From an uncultured bacterium (lineage in GTDB: Bacteria > Fidelibacterota > Marinisomatia > SCGC-AAA003-L08 > JACNLC01), in contig CAZIYQ010000002.1 in NCBI GenBank assembly GCA_964543505.1, positions 1-36,758 of the forward strand: a stretch of 36,758 nucleotides of DNA, read 5' to 3'. Of this stretch, positions 17,775-27,620 are shown piece after piece. The notes under the pieces were generated by a model that saw nothing but the letters and a program-made list of their open reading frames with translations, did not search any database and was not told the origin of the DNA. Both the position numbers and the translations under genes were made by a program. Every line of letters begins with the position of its first letter. Position 1 is the first letter of the stretch.

Positions 17775-19433
17775 TTACTTTAATCCCGGAACTTGTAGAC
17801 CACGTTCTTTGGCGATCTGAATGGCTTTTTCATATCCCGCATCCACATGCCGCATGACACCGGTCCCAGGGTCGTTAGTGAGGACTCGATTAAGCCGCAC
17901 TCTCATCTCCGGAGTGCCATCAGCCACAATCACAACACCGGCATGTATCGATAATCCCATACCCACGCCTCCACCGTGATGAACGGAGGTCCAGCTCGTA
18001 CCACTGGCGGTGTTCAAAAGTGCATTCAGAATTGGCCAATCGGCAACAGCATCCGAGCCATCACGCATGGCCTCAGTTTCCCTGTTGGGAGAAGCAACAG
18101 AACCTGCGTCAAGATGATCTCTTCCAATAACAATGGGTGCTTTCAATTCACCTGAGGCCACCATGTCATTAATAGCTTCGCCAAAGAGATTGCGCTCGCG
18201 ATAGCCCAACCAGCAGATTCTGGCAGGCAGACCCTGAAATGCGACTCTCTCCTCGGCCATCTTAATCCACCGATGCAACGCCTTATCTTCAGGAAACAGT
18301 TCGAGTAGTTTTGCATCTGTTTTCAGAATATCCTGTGGATCACCGGACAGCGCAACCCACCTGAAGGGTCCTTTTCCTTCACAAAACAACGGCCGGATAT
18401 AGGCCGGTACAAATCCAGGAAAATCGAAGGCATCCTCGATGCCGGCGTGTTCCTTGGCCTGGCCCCTGATATTATTCCCATAATCAAACGTGATGGCTCC
18501 TTTTTTCTGTAACTCAAGCATGGCACGACAATGATCACCAATGGATTTGAAAGACATCTGAATGTATTTTTGAGAATCCGTTTGGCGTAGTTTAAGTGCA
18601 TCCTCATAGGGGATGCCCGCAGGTATATACCCATTCAGTTCATCATGAGCAGATGTTTGATCGGTGAGGAGATCCGGGGTTACTCCCCTTCTTAAAAATT
18701 GAGGAAGAATATCCGCTGCATTGCCCAATAATCCGATAGATAGAGGCTCTTCTTTGGCTATGGCGGTCCTGGCGAGACTTAAGGCTTCATCGAGGTTCTC
18801 CGTTGAAGTATCAAGATAGCGTGTGGCAATTCTGCGCTGAATCCGATGGGGGTCAACTTCAATTGTGATATTGACACCTTCGTTCATAGTAACAGCGAGG
18901 GGTTGTGCTCCTCCCATTCCACCGAGACCAGCCGTGAGCGTCAGAGTTCCTTTTAGGGATCCGCCAAAATGCTGCCTCGCAGCTTCTGCAAGCGTCTCAT
19001 AAGTCCCCTGCAGAATTCCCTGGGTTCCAATATAGATCCAACTTCCAGCGGTCATTTGACCGTACATCATGAGACCTTTTCGCTCCAATTCACGGAAATT
19101 CTCCCAGTTGGCCCAATTGGGAACCAGCATAGAATTCGAAATAAGTACTCGGGGAGCATGCTCATACGTTTTGAAGACACCAACGGGCTTTCCCGACTGC
19201 ACCAGCAGAGTCTCATCATTCTCGAGTTCTCTTAAAGAAGCAAGAATGTTATCGAAGGCTTCCCAATTGCGTGCTGCTTTCCCTGACCCGCCATACACAA
19301 TAAGTTCATCAGGTTTTTCTGCTACATCAGGATCCAGGTTGTTTTGGATCATACGAAAAGCCGCTTCTTGCTGCCAACCTTTACACGTTAATTTGAGACC
19401 CGTGGGGGCTTTTACTATTCTTGGTTCAGACAT
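17775..19433 (-). CDS. hutU: urocanate hydratase
   Basis: 552 aa. Characteristic [23 protein letters not shown] and [18 protein letters not shown] segments. Confidence 0.96.
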   Translation of the reverse strand: MSEPRIVKAPTGLKLTCKGWQQEAAFRMIQNNLDPDVAEKPDELIVYGGSGKAARNWEAFDNILASLRELENDETLLVQSGKPVGVFKTYEHAPRVLISNSMLVPNWANWENFRELERKGLMMYGQMTAGSWIYIGTQGILQGTYETLAEAARQHFGGSLKGTLTLTAGLGGMGGAQPLAVTMNEGVNITIEVDPHRIQRRIATRYLDTSTENLDEALSLARTAIAKEEPLSIGLLGNAADILPQFLRRGVTPDLLTDQTSAHDELNGYIPAGIPYEDALKLRQTDSQKYIQMSFKSIGDHCRAMLELQKKGAITFDYGNNIRGQAKEHAGIEDAFDFPGFVPAYIRPLFCEGKGPFRWVALSGDPQDILKTDAKLLELFPEDKALHRWIKMAEERVAFQGLPARICWLGYRERNLFGEAINDMVASGELKAPIVIGRDHLDAGSVASPNRETEAMRDGSDAVADWPILNALLNTASGTSWTSVHHGGGVGMGLSIHAGVVIVADGTPEMRVRLNRVLTNDPGTGVMRHVDAGYEKAIQIAKERGLQVPGLK

Positions 19434-19488
19434 TATTAATCCTATCTATTAAAATATTTGATATTTTATGAAGATATAAGCTTTTTCG

Positions 19489-19513
19489 ATTGCCTTAATT
19501 TACAGCAGGCAAT
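19489..19513. repeat. perfect 7-bp inverted repeat ATTGCCT-N11-AGGCAAT between the GHL10 gene and hutU
   Basis: Read directly from the sequence. It lies 23 nt past the GHL10 stop and 56 nt upstream of the hutU ATG. No U-tract follows it on the minus-strand transcript. Confidence 0.6.
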
Positions 19514-19535
19514 ATGAATAATGTTAAAGCCGGAA

Positions 19536-20714
19536 TCAGGGAGTTTTATCTCTCATTGCATCCAATAATGGAGACAGCCATTCAAGATTATTCTTGTGAG
19601 CATCATAGGAGAAAATTGAGATACCGGTAAAACCATTCAGACGGGTCAGCATAACCTTGTCCGCAGCTGAATCTGCATCTTGATTATATGTGGCTATGCC
19701 CATGATAATTCTATCACGTTGTTCTGGCGAGAAGGTATCTTTCATCATAATGATGTCCTGAGTAAATGGAACTATTTCTTTATAATAATTCATTGGTACA
19801 ACGAAATCCAACAGACCATCATTAATCCATGACTGCCAATCCTGACTCCATCGATCTTTTGCCGTAGAAAGATTTGGTTTTACAGTCGAACTCAAAAGTA
19901 TTTTTCTCGAATACAGCTCCATATCTGTTTTGATCATTTTCAACAAATTTGAAATACTTGTCTGGCGAAAATTATGCCAAGCAGATTGCATAGAATCAAC
20001 ATAAGTTTGCTCCCAGCCAAACCTGGTGCTGATAATTCCACGAGCAATATCCCTCGGATCAATACCATATTCAAGTTTGAACACCTCACGGCTCCCGGGA
20101 TTATAACCATAGAAGTTATCCTGATAGCGTAGGTAATCCAAGTGAATTCCATCGACATTATAATTCTCATACACTTCTTTAATAACGGAGGTGAGATACA
20201 AATTAACAGAGGGATTACCCGGGGATAAAAATATCCCCTCCCAATTTGGTGAGGGTGGTTTGGAGGCATCTATCTTCCAATCCATTTTACCGTAATCATT
20301 CGCTTCGGTCCATTCGGGATGGGTGTTCAAGAGGTGATTGGGATTATCCGGAGGCTGAGGCGCTGACCACAAAAGATAGGCATTCATCCAGGCATGAATT
20401 TCGAGTCCAAATTCATGGCCTAATTCGATAGCATAGGCCAATGGATCAAACCCGGACAGCACATTTTCATTTTTAACAACAAGACTGGAATTATAGAGAG
20501 CGTCCCCCCTTGAGCGAACCTGTATAAATACTTTATCAAATCCCTGTTGGGCAGCATAGGTGAGTGCACTGTCGATGCTTCCTGGTGTATAGAGACTGTT
20601 CCGTAAGACCCACAAGCACTTCGTCTCCACCTGTGGGAACTGTCCCATCAAGGGTCCGGTCATAATAACAAACAGGGCAAAAATAAGTATTGCCCTGTTA
20701 AATTTAATTTTCAT
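19536..20714 (-). CDS. glycoside hydrolase-like family 10 (GHL10/DUF187, YngK-like) secreted protein
   Basis: 392 aa from the ATG at 20714 (MKIKFNRAILIFALFVIMTGPLMGQ, a signal peptide); the track model starts at TTG 20732. Family-like segments: FDKVFIQVRSRGDALY, EIHAWMN, VDGIHLDYLRY. Confidence 0.8.
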   Translation of the reverse strand: MKIKFNRAILIFALFVIMTGPLMGQFPQVETKCLWVLRNSLYTPGSIDSALTYAAQQGFDKVFIQVRSRGDALYNSSLVVKNENVLSGFDPLAYAIELGHEFGLEIHAWMNAYLLWSAPQPPDNPNHLLNTHPEWTEANDYGKMDWKIDASKPPSPNWEGIFLSPGNPSVNLYLTSVIKEVYENYNVDGIHLDYLRYQDNFYGYNPGSREVFKLEYGIDPRDIARGIISTRFGWEQTYVDSMQSAWHNFRQTSISNLLKMIKTDMELYSRKILLSSTVKPNLSTAKDRWSQDWQSWINDGLLDFVVPMNYYKEIVPFTQDIIMMKDTFSPEQRDRIIMGIATYNQDADSAADKVMLTRLNGFTGISIFSYDAHKNNLEWLSPLLDAMRDKTP

Positions 20715-20745
20715 TGAAATGATGTTTTTCAATTCAAGCTTTTAT

Positions 20746-21231
20746 CTATTCTTTCTTAGAGGGAGCTGACTTTTTTTTGGAGGTTTTCTTTTCTTCTATC
20801 TTGTCAATTTTTTTATTCGACTTACCCTCTTCTGTAGTTTCCTCTGGCTCTGCAGTGACCATCGCGGCAATATCCGTAAATTCAATGATTGAAACTGGAG
20901 CATTATCATTTTTCCGATTTTCCAATTTGATCAACCGGGTGTAACCACCCTGTCGATCTTTACAAATAGGAGCAATCTCGTGGATTAGAATATTTGCAAC
21001 TTTTTTACCCAACTGACCCGGTAATTTCTTTTGAATTAATCGACGGCCGTGCAGGTTGTCCATTTTGGCATAGGTTACCAGCCTGTCAACATATCCGCGC
21101 AGTTCTTTAGCTTTTGCCTCAGTAGTTTTAATTTTTTTATGTAGTACGAGTGCTGTTGCAAGGTTCATCATCAAAGCTTTTCGATGTGTTGCTGTCCTGC
21201 CAAGCTTTCGTCCTCGAATCTGATGTCTCAT
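20746..21231 (-). CDS. rplQ: 50S ribosomal protein L17 with Lys/Glu-rich C-terminal tail
   Basis: 161 aa. MRHQIRGRKLGRTATHRKA...GGYTRLIKL core plus a low-complexity tail of about 40 aa. Confidence 0.95.
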   Translation of the reverse strand: MRHQIRGRKLGRTATHRKALMMNLATALVLHKKIKTTEAKAKELRGYVDRLVTYAKMDNLHGRRLIQKKLPGQLGKKVANILIHEIAPICKDRQGGYTRLIKLENRKNDNAPVSIIEFTDIAAMVTAEPEETTEEGKSNKKIDKIEEKKTSKKKSAPSKKE

Positions 21232-21234
21232 AGT

Positions 21235-22215
21235 CTAAAATTCCTCTTCGCCCAAATATTGCTTAACATCCATGCCAAAATGCAGTCCCATACTCTCAAG
21301 TTTTTCAACAAGTTCATTGAGGGATTTACGCCCAAAATTCTTGAATTTCAACATCTCACCCTCGTCCTTGGCGACTAATTCACCAATGGATTTTATTCCG
21401 GCAGACTGCAGACAATTGTATGATCTTACGGAGAGTTCCATCTCATCGATATTTTTTACCAACAGACTTTTGATCTCAAGAGCTTCGTTAAATTCTTCTT
21501 CATTGACAGAAGCGATGAGTTCAGAGTCGTCAAACATAAACAGAACCAAATGCTGCCGTAAAATTGATGATGAGTGGTTCAAGGCATCCTTAGGTGATGT
21601 TGAACCATCCGAAGTGATCTTCAGAATCAACTGCTCTTCATTTTCGATTGAAGTAGGAATATCGGTTACATCCCAGGCAACATTTGTTATCGGGTTAAAA
21701 ATAGAATCCATCGCAATGGTACCAAGCGGTGCATCTTTGAGTTTATTTTTAACTGCTGATGAATAGCCCTTCCCTCTGGATATTCTTATTTCAAAGGTCG
21801 TGTCGCAAGTATCCATGAGCGTGCCGATTTTAATTTCAGGATTCAATACTTCAAAACTCTCTGAAGCATTGGTGATATCCTGACCTGTAAAGTGTCCGGG
21901 GCCGGTCAAATGTATTGTCACAAGTTCCGGGCCCACATCCTCTACCAATTTGAATCTAACTTTTTTAAGATTCAGTATGATATCAGCTACATCTTCGACG
22001 ATACCTTCTACGGTGGAAAATTCGTGGGCAACCCCCTCAATTCTGACAGATGTAATTGCAATACCTGGAATTCCAGTCATCAGCACACGCCGTAGGGAAT
22101 TTCCAATTGTTACCCCGAACCCTCTTTCGAAGGGTTTAGCTACAATTTCTGCGTAGTTGTCTGATTCTTCAAGAATCTCTACGTCTATCGGTGAAAAATG
22201 TCTGTTATTTGCCAT
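21235..22215 (-). CDS. rpoA: DNA-directed RNA polymerase subunit alpha
   Basis: Trimmed to the ATG at 22215 (326 aa), because the 346-aa track model overlaps rpsD. GNSLRRVLM motif and the C-terminal domain ELSVRSYNCLQSAGIKSIGELV. Confidence 0.95.
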   Translation of the reverse strand: MANNRHFSPIDVEILEESDNYAEIVAKPFERGFGVTIGNSLRRVLMTGIPGIAITSVRIEGVAHEFSTVEGIVEDVADIILNLKKVRFKLVEDVGPELVTIHLTGPGHFTGQDITNASESFEVLNPEIKIGTLMDTCDTTFEIRISRGKGYSSAVKNKLKDAPLGTIAMDSIFNPITNVAWDVTDIPTSIENEEQLILKITSDGSTSPKDALNHSSSILRQHLVLFMFDDSELIASVNEEEFNEALEIKSLLVKNIDEMELSVRSYNCLQSAGIKSIGELVAKDEGEMLKFKNFGRKSLNELVEKLESMGLHFGMDVKQYLGEEEF

Positions 22216-22240
22216 TAACTCTTTAGTCCTGTAATTTATT

Positions 22241-22852
22241 TTACTTGGAATATAATTCCACAACCAGCTGTTCATTGAGCGGTTCTGGGATTTGATCTCT
22301 CTCGGGTCCGCAGTCGAAGATTCCTGCTAATTTTGCTTTGTCGACAGTTAACCATGGAACTGGATTATCACCTTCGGTTTTCCGTAGGGATTCTTGGAAA
22401 ATATCCAATTTCTTACTTTTATCTCGAACCTGAATAATTTCCCCAGATTTTAAAATATAAGAAGGAATATTGACCGTTCTGTTACTTACGAGAAAATGCT
22501 TATGAGATACCAGTTGTCGAGCTGCCCTCCGAGTTGGGGCTAATCCCAAACGATAGACGGTATTATCCAAACGTGATTCAAGAATTCTCAGTAAATTATG
22601 TCCTGTAGGGCCGGCTTGAGCAGATGCCTTTTTAAAATAGGTCCTAAACTGTTTTTCAAGCACACCGTAAAGATATTTAATTCTTTGTTTTTCACGAAGC
22701 TGTATGCCGTAGTTTGATAACTTCCTGCGCCTGGATTGACCATGCTGACCTGGTGCATAAGCTTTTCTAGGTGATCCAAATTTTGGAGATTCAAACACCG
22801 GATATTCAAGCCGGCGGCATACCTTACCTCTTGGTCCTGTAAATCTTGCCAT
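22241..22852 (-). CDS. rpsD: 30S ribosomal protein S4
   Basis: 203 aa. MARFTGPRGKVCRR...YGIQLREKQ, typical of S4. Confidence 0.96.
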   Translation of the reverse strand: MARFTGPRGKVCRRLEYPVFESPKFGSPRKAYAPGQHGQSRRRKLSNYGIQLREKQRIKYLYGVLEKQFRTYFKKASAQAGPTGHNLLRILESRLDNTVYRLGLAPTRRAARQLVSHKHFLVSNRTVNIPSYILKSGEIIQVRDKSKKLDIFQESLRKTEGDNPVPWLTVDKAKLAGIFDCGPERDQIPEPLNEQLVVELYSK

Positions 22853-22862
22853 TTATTTGTCC

Positions 22863-23249
22863 TTATACCCTACGTCTTTTTGGTGGTCTGCACCCATTGT
22901 GCGGAATGGGCGTAATATCCATAATTGAAGTAACTTCAAGCCCGGCAGCTCTCAATGATCTGATGGCAGCTTCTCTACCTGATCCTGGACCTTTAACCCT
23001 GACTTGAATCGTTTTCAGACCCAATGCCATTGCCTCTTCAGCTGCTTTCTGGGCTGCCTGAGTTGCGGCAAAGGGAGTGCTCTTTCTTGAGCCTTTAAAT
23101 CCTACCATCCCGGCACTGGCCCACGATATAACGTTCCCGAATTGATCGGTCAAGGTGATATTTGTATTATTAAAGCTTGCCTTGACGTGAGCGATTCCCA
23201 CCGGGTCTACTTTAACTTTTTTCTTCTTTTTAGTTCTTGGTCTCGCCAA
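22863..23249 (-). CDS. rpsK: 30S ribosomal protein S11
   Basis: 128 aa. [18 protein letters not shown]. The start codon is TTG (23249..23247), preceded by AAGGAG and a 7-nt spacer. Confidence 0.95.
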   Translation of the reverse strand: MARPRTKKKKKVKVDPVGIAHVKASFNNTNITLTDQFGNVISWASAGMVGFKGSRKSTPFAATQAAQKAAEEAMALGLKTIQVRVKGPGSGREAAIRSLRAAGLEVTSIMDITPIPHNGCRPPKRRRV

Positions 23250-23271
23250 GTCAATACTCCTTACTATTCAA

Positions 23272-23637
23272 TTATTTCTTTTTAACTGGTGGTTTGGTTC
23301 TGCCTTTGCGAGTACGTGCATTTGTGTGCGTCCTCTGACCTCTCACCGGCAATCTTTTTTTATGCCGGATACCGCGGTAGCAATTGATATCCATCAGTCT
23401 TTTTATATTACGGGATATCTGACCTCTTAGCTCTCCCTCGATGGAATAATTTTCAGAAAGTTCATTCCGGATAGCCAATATTTGTTCTTCAGACAATTCA
23501 TTGACCTTTGTAGAAGGGTCAATTCCAGTAGCTTCCAATATTTTTCTGGAAAATGTAATCCCAATGCCGTATATATATGGAAGGGCATATTCAACTTTTT
23601 TATTTCGTGGTAAATCTACACCAGCAATACGTGCCAA
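23272..23637 (-). CDS. rpsM: 30S ribosomal protein S13
   Basis: Trimmed to TTG at 23637 (121 aa), giving the conserved (M)[10 protein letters not shown]-terminus. AGGAG lies 8 nt upstream. The 137-aa track model (GTG start) would overlap rpmJ. Confidence 0.9.
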   Translation of the reverse strand: MARIAGVDLPRNKKVEYALPYIYGIGITFSRKILEATGIDPSTKVNELSEEQILAIRNELSENYSIEGELRGQISRNIKRLMDINCYRGIRHKKRLPVRGQRTHTNARTRKGRTKPPVKKK

Positions 23638-23650
23638 ATCTAATTCTCCT

Positions 23651-23764
23651 CTAACCTTGCCGTTGTTTATGTTTCGGATTAACACAGATCACTCTCACCA
23701 CACCTTTGCGCTTGATGATCTGACATTTATCACACATTTTCTTAACGGATGCTCGAACTTTCAT
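23651..23764 (-). CDS. rpmJ: 50S ribosomal protein L36 (zinc-binding type)
   Basis: Missing from the ORF track because it is under 60 aa. My translation is [37 protein letters not shown] (37 aa), in the canonical infA-rpmJ-rpsM position. Confidence 0.93.
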   Translation of the reverse strand: MKVRASVKKMCDKCQIIKRKGVVRVICVNPKHKQRQG

Positions 23765-23772
23765 AATTGCCC

Positions 23773-23991
23773 CTATTTATACCTGTAGGTAATTCGTCCT
23801 CTTGTCAGGTCATAAGGTGATAATTCCATCTTAACCTTATCGCCTGGTAATATTTTAATGAAATGCATTCGCATTTTTCCAGATACATGAGCAAGAACGA
23901 CATGTCCATTATCCAGCTTGACCCTGAACATGGCATTGGGCAATGTTTCAGTAATCACACCATCGACTTCTATTCCTGCTTCTTTAACCAT
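23773..23991 (-). CDS. infA: translation initiation factor IF-1
   Basis: 72 aa. S1-like sequence with [23 protein letters not shown] and [16 protein letters not shown]. Confidence 0.96.
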   Translation of the reverse strand: MVKEAGIEVDGVITETLPNAMFRVKLDNGHVVLAHVSGKMRMHFIKILPGDKVKMELSPYDLTRGRITYRYK

Positions 23992-23992
23992 A

Positions 23993-24736
23993 TTAATTTG
24001 TCAATATCCTGTTGCCATCTTGCGTGATGGTTATTGTATGTTCAAAGTGCGAAGACGGCTCCCCATCAGCTGTACAGACTGTCCAGCCATCATCCTTCGT
24101 AAATACATTTGCTGTCTTCATATTGATCATCGGTTCAATGGCAAAACACATCCCCTTTTTGATGATCGGTCCACGACCTGGTTTCCCAAAATTGGGAATT
24201 TGCGGATCTTCGTGTAATTCATTCCCGATGCCATGGCCTACAAGTTCTCTAACGACACCATAGCCATTTCCCTCGGCATGCTGCTGAACAGCATAACCTA
24301 TGTCTCCAATTCTATTTCCCGGAACCGCCATGGATATTCCCTTTTGCAGGCATTCCTGCGTGACTTCCAGCAGTCGTTTCTTTTCATCCGAAACGTTGCC
24401 TACAGGAAATGTCCGGGCATGATCACCATAGTAACCCTGTTTTAAAGCTCCCACATCCATTCCGACAATCTCACCTTCTTGCAGAGCCCTGCTTCCAGGG
24501 ATACCATGAACTACCTCATCCTCTATCGATATACATAATGTTGCAGGAAAGCCGTACAACCCTTTGAATCCAGGTATGGCATCACGACTTCTGATAAAAT
24601 CTTCTGCGAGCTGGTCCAGTTCGAGGGTAGTAATTCCCGGTTTAATGTGCTCTCCAACCAAAATTAGAGTTTCTCGTACAATTTTGCAACTCTCATAAAT
24701 TTTAGCAACTTCAACTGAACTCCTAATATTGATCAC
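23993..24736 (-). CDS. map: type I methionine aminopeptidase
   Basis: 247 aa. Metal-ligand contexts VVHGIP, GMDVGA, VGHGIG and FAIEPM. The start codon at 24736..24734 is GTG with no clear SD. Confidence 0.93.
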   Translation of the reverse strand: MINIRSSVEVAKIYESCKIVRETLILVGEHIKPGITTLELDQLAEDFIRSRDAIPGFKGLYGFPATLCISIEDEVVHGIPGSRALQEGEIVGMDVGALKQGYYGDHARTFPVGNVSDEKKRLLEVTQECLQKGISMAVPGNRIGDIGYAVQQHAEGNGYGVVRELVGHGIGNELHEDPQIPNFGKPGRGPIIKKGMCFAIEPMINMKTANVFTKDDGWTVCTADGEPSSHFEHTITITQDGNRILTN

Positions 24737-24754
24737 GAATGGATAACCAAAGCT

Positions 24755-26089
24755 TTAAAATCTCCGACGTCCCTTCATCTTACCACCCTTTAGGAATCCA
24801 TCGTAATTACGCATCACCAGATGGCTTTCGATTTGTTGGAGCGTATCCAGTGCAACACCAACGATGATCAACAAACTGGTCCCACCGAAAAAACTTGCCA
24901 GAGAATAGTTAACACCATTGACTTGTGAGACTAAAAATGTTGGGAAAATTGCTATAAGTGCTAAAAACACAGAAGCAGGTAATGTGACCCTCGTCAAAAT
25001 TGTGTCAATATAATCTGAAGTGTTTTTCCCGGGTCTGATGCCGGGTATAAATCCACCTTGTTTTTTCATGTTATCAGCTACATCAACAGGATTAAAAGTG
25101 ATCGCCGTGTAAAAATATGTGAAAATTATGATTAGAAACGCAAAGACAATAGAGTAGACCGGATGGGTCGGTGCGAAGACGGTTTGCAGCCATTCGCCAA
25201 AAGCATTGCCTTCGGAGAAAAAACTTGCGAGTGTATTGGGCAAAAACATCAGAGCCTGGGCAAAGATAATGGGCATCACACCTGCTGTTAATATTCTCAG
25301 AGGGATGTGCGTACTCTGTCCTCCATAGACCTTACGGCCAACAACTCTTTTTGCATACTGCACAGGGATTTTTCGGATGCCGGTAGTAATAAAGACTACA
25401 AACAAGATTACACCGAACATCAAAACAAGAAGCATAATATTTGTGATGGGGTTCACAATTCCACTCTGCATTTGTTTAATCTGACCAAAAATAACATGCG
25501 GTGCTCTCGACAGAATACCAATCATGATGATGAGTGATATCCCGTTTCCAATGCCGTAATCTGAAATCTGCTCACCCAGCCACATCACGAAAATTGTACC
25601 CGTAACCAGAGTTACAATCGTAACAAAATAAAAGAGAAAGTTAGGATTAGGCACGATCGGGCCAGCATTTGAAGCAGGGTATGAAGCCAGGAATATTGCC
25701 ACACCGACAGCCTGTAAAAATGAGATTAAAACAGTACCGTAACGGGTGAGTTGGATAATTTTTTTACGGCCCTCGTCACCCTCTTTTTGCAGCCTCTGAA
25801 AATACGGAACAACGGCTCCCAGTAATTGAATGATGATGGAAGCAGAGATGTAAGGCATAATCCCAAGAGCAAAAATAGATGCCTGCCGGAAAAAGCCACC
25901 TGCGAACATATCGTATAGTCCCAAAAGCGAGTTATTAAAACTATCCATAACGGCCGCCAAGGCAATTCTATTGATTCCAGGAACAGGAACATGACCACCC
26001 AACCGATAGATTAAAATCAGTGCCCCGGCAATACCGAGTCGCTTTCTTAAATCAGGAACTTTGAAAACATTGATAAATTTTTCAATCAT
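24755..26089 (-). CDS. secY: preprotein translocase subunit SecY
   Basis: 444 aa, polytopic. Resembles SecY throughout (GIMPYISASIIIQLL, RIPVQYAKR-like segment). The ATG overlaps the rplO stop (ATGA). Confidence 0.96.
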   Translation of the reverse strand: MIEKFINVFKVPDLRKRLGIAGALILIYRLGGHVPVPGINRIALAAVMDSFNNSLLGLYDMFAGGFFRQASIFALGIMPYISASIIIQLLGAVVPYFQRLQKEGDEGRKKIIQLTRYGTVLISFLQAVGVAIFLASYPASNAGPIVPNPNFLFYFVTIVTLVTGTIFVMWLGEQISDYGIGNGISLIIMIGILSRAPHVIFGQIKQMQSGIVNPITNIMLLVLMFGVILFVVFITTGIRKIPVQYAKRVVGRKVYGGQSTHIPLRILTAGVMPIIFAQALMFLPNTLASFFSEGNAFGEWLQTVFAPTHPVYSIVFAFLIIIFTYFYTAITFNPVDVADNMKKQGGFIPGIRPGKNTSDYIDTILTRVTLPASVFLALIAIFPTFLVSQVNGVNYSLASFFGGTSLLIIVGVALDTLQQIESHLVMRNYDGFLKGGKMKGRRRF

Positions 26090-26526
26090 GAGAATATAGC
26101 CTTACCACCAGCTTTTTCAATTTTATCAATTGCGGATGAACTAAACATATCCGCAGTCACTTCTACTGCAAAATCAATATTGCCATTCCCAAGGATTTTA
26201 ACAACTTGATCTGCCTTTTTAATGATACCGTTTTCAATTAATGTATTAACATTAACCGATTCCAATTTTAAGTTGGCGATACGTTCAATATTAACAATCT
26301 GTACTTCCTTCTTAAATGGATAATTTGAAAAGCCTCTTTTGGGTAGTCTTCTCATTAGCGGAGTCTGTCCACCTTCGTGATGAATTCTGGACTTATATCC
26401 AGACCGTGAGTGAGCACCGTTATTCCCCTTACCGGCTGTTCTGCCTTGTCCGGATGCATTTCCACGACCAATCCGTTTTCTTCTTATCTTTGTTCCTTTT
26501 GTAGGATTCAGATTACCCAGATCCAT
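26086..26526 (-). CDS. rplO: 50S ribosomal protein L15
   Basis: 146 aa. RIGRGNASGQGRTAGKGNNG, typical of L15. Confidence 0.95.
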   Translation of the reverse strand: MDLGNLNPTKGTKIRRKRIGRGNASGQGRTAGKGNNGAHSRSGYKSRIHHEGGQTPLMRRLPKRGFSNYPFKKEVQIVNIERIANLKLESVNVNTLIENGIIKKADQVVKILGNGNIDFAVEVTADMFSSSAIDKIEKAGGKAIFS

Positions 26527-26720
26527 TATATCTCCTCGACTTTCAAAAGATGTGATATTGAACGGATCATTCCGAGAATTGCATCTGTTCCGGAATGGAC
26601 AACGGTCTGGTTCATTTTAGTTATTCCCAGGGCGACCAAAGTTAGCTTTGCTCTTTTCCGGTATCCAATAGCACTCTTGATTTGAGTAATTTTTAGATTT
26701 TTAATTTTTTTGTCAGACAT
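26526..26720 (-). CDS. rpmD: 50S ribosomal protein L30
   Basis: 64 aa. LKITQIKSAIGYRKRAKLTLVALGI, in the canonical position between rpsE and rplO. Confidence 0.92.
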   Translation of the reverse strand: MSDKKIKNLKITQIKSAIGYRKRAKLTLVALGITKMNQTVVHSGTDAILGMIRSISHLLKVEEI

Positions 26721-26732
26721 AATATCAATCTT

Positions 26733-27236
26733 TTAAGAGAACAATTCTTTAACTGTAATACCTCGTTGACGAGCAACCGTGAACGGATCACGCATTTCAC
26801 GCAAAGCTTTTTCAGTAGCTCTTACGACATTTAACGAATTAGTAGAGCCAGTGACCTTAGCCAGGATATCTGTGATACCAACCTGCTCCATGAGAGCTCG
26901 GATTGGACCTCCCGCAATGATACCGGTACCTGGTGAGGCCGGTCTCATGACTATCTTTGTGGCCCCTAATTTCATATCAATGCGATGCGGAATTGTACCA
27001 TTAATAATATTTGATTTAAAAATGTTCTTTTTAGCACTTTCTTTCGCCTTACTGATGGCCGAGGTAACTTCGTTAGCCTTGCCGAATCCGACACCAACGT
27101 GACCATGCCCATCTCCAACTGCAACTGTACAATTGAAACGAAATCTTCTGCCTCCCGTAATCACTTTAGAAACTCTCTTGATAGAGATAACAGTTTCTTC
27201 TTTTAATTCTAATTCCGACGGATTAATAAAACTCAA
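26733..27236 (-). CDS. rpsE: 30S ribosomal protein S5
   Basis: Trimmed to TTG at 27236 (167 aa). GGAG lies 8 nt upstream, immediately after the rplR stop (TAATGGAGTATTTAGATTG). The 181-aa track model (GTG start) overlaps rplR by 29 nt. RVSKVITGGRRFRF core. Confidence 0.88.
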   Translation of the reverse strand: MSFINPSELELKEETVISIKRVSKVITGGRRFRFNCTVAVGDGHGHVGVGFGKANEVTSAISKAKESAKKNIFKSNIINGTIPHRIDMKLGATKIVMRPASPGTGIIAGGPIRALMEQVGITDILAKVTGSTNSLNVVRATEKALREMRDPFTVARQRGITVKELFS

Positions 27237-27249
27237 TCTAAATACTCCA

Positions 27250-27615
27250 TTAAAATTGTAAACCGGCTTTTCTGGCACCTTCGGCCAGAGCTTTTACCCG
27301 TCCATGATAGCGGTAACCATTTCTATCAAACACAACCTGCTTAAGACCTTTTGAGAGGGCTGCAACCCCAATGGACTCGCCAACAATTCCACTTTTCTCA
27401 ATTTTCCCATTCGCTTCACCAATTTTGTCTGAAAGATTTTTATCGATGCTGGATGCAGCTGCTAACGTTGATCCGGCATTATCATCAATGACTTGAGCAC
27501 TGATGTTCTTATTTGATCTAAAAACAACCAATCTTGGGTACTTACCTATTGTAAGATGGCTTTTCAAGCGTTTCTTTTTGTCTATCCAATTCGTTCTTTT
27601 ATTTTTATGTGCCAT
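27250..27615 (-). CDS. rplR: 50S ribosomal protein L18
   Basis: 121 aa. [19 protein letters not shown] and [19 protein letters not shown]. Confidence 0.95.
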   Translation of the reverse strand: MAHKNKRTNWIDKKKRLKSHLTIGKYPRLVVFRSNKNISAQVIDDNAGSTLAAASSIDKNLSDKIGEANGKIEKSGIVGESIGVAALSKGLKQVVFDRNGYRYHGRVKALAEGARKAGLQF

Positions 27616-27620
27616 AATCG

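Noticed and set aside
18323-18634. Same-strand nested ORFs inside known genes: 18323..18634 in hutU, 19940..20269 in the GHL10 gene, 14380..14637 in accC, 16960..17169 in hutI, 22588..22809 in rpsD, 25726..25998 in secY, 33593..33778 in rplD and 7229..7435 in mutL
   Set aside because: They are out-of-frame overlaps with conserved genes. They have no SD and their translations are not recognisable. I see no evidence of overprinting.
21272-21766. 164-aa plus-strand ORF antisense to rpoA, together with similar long plus-strand ORFs at 11676..12113, 7364..7762, 19069..19452, 31658..32020 and 4905..5237
   Set aside because: All lie fully antisense to confidently identified, conserved minus-strand genes. 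Their translations are low-complexity (Ser/Pro/Leu/Ile-rich) and lack motifs. They are typical shadow ORFs.
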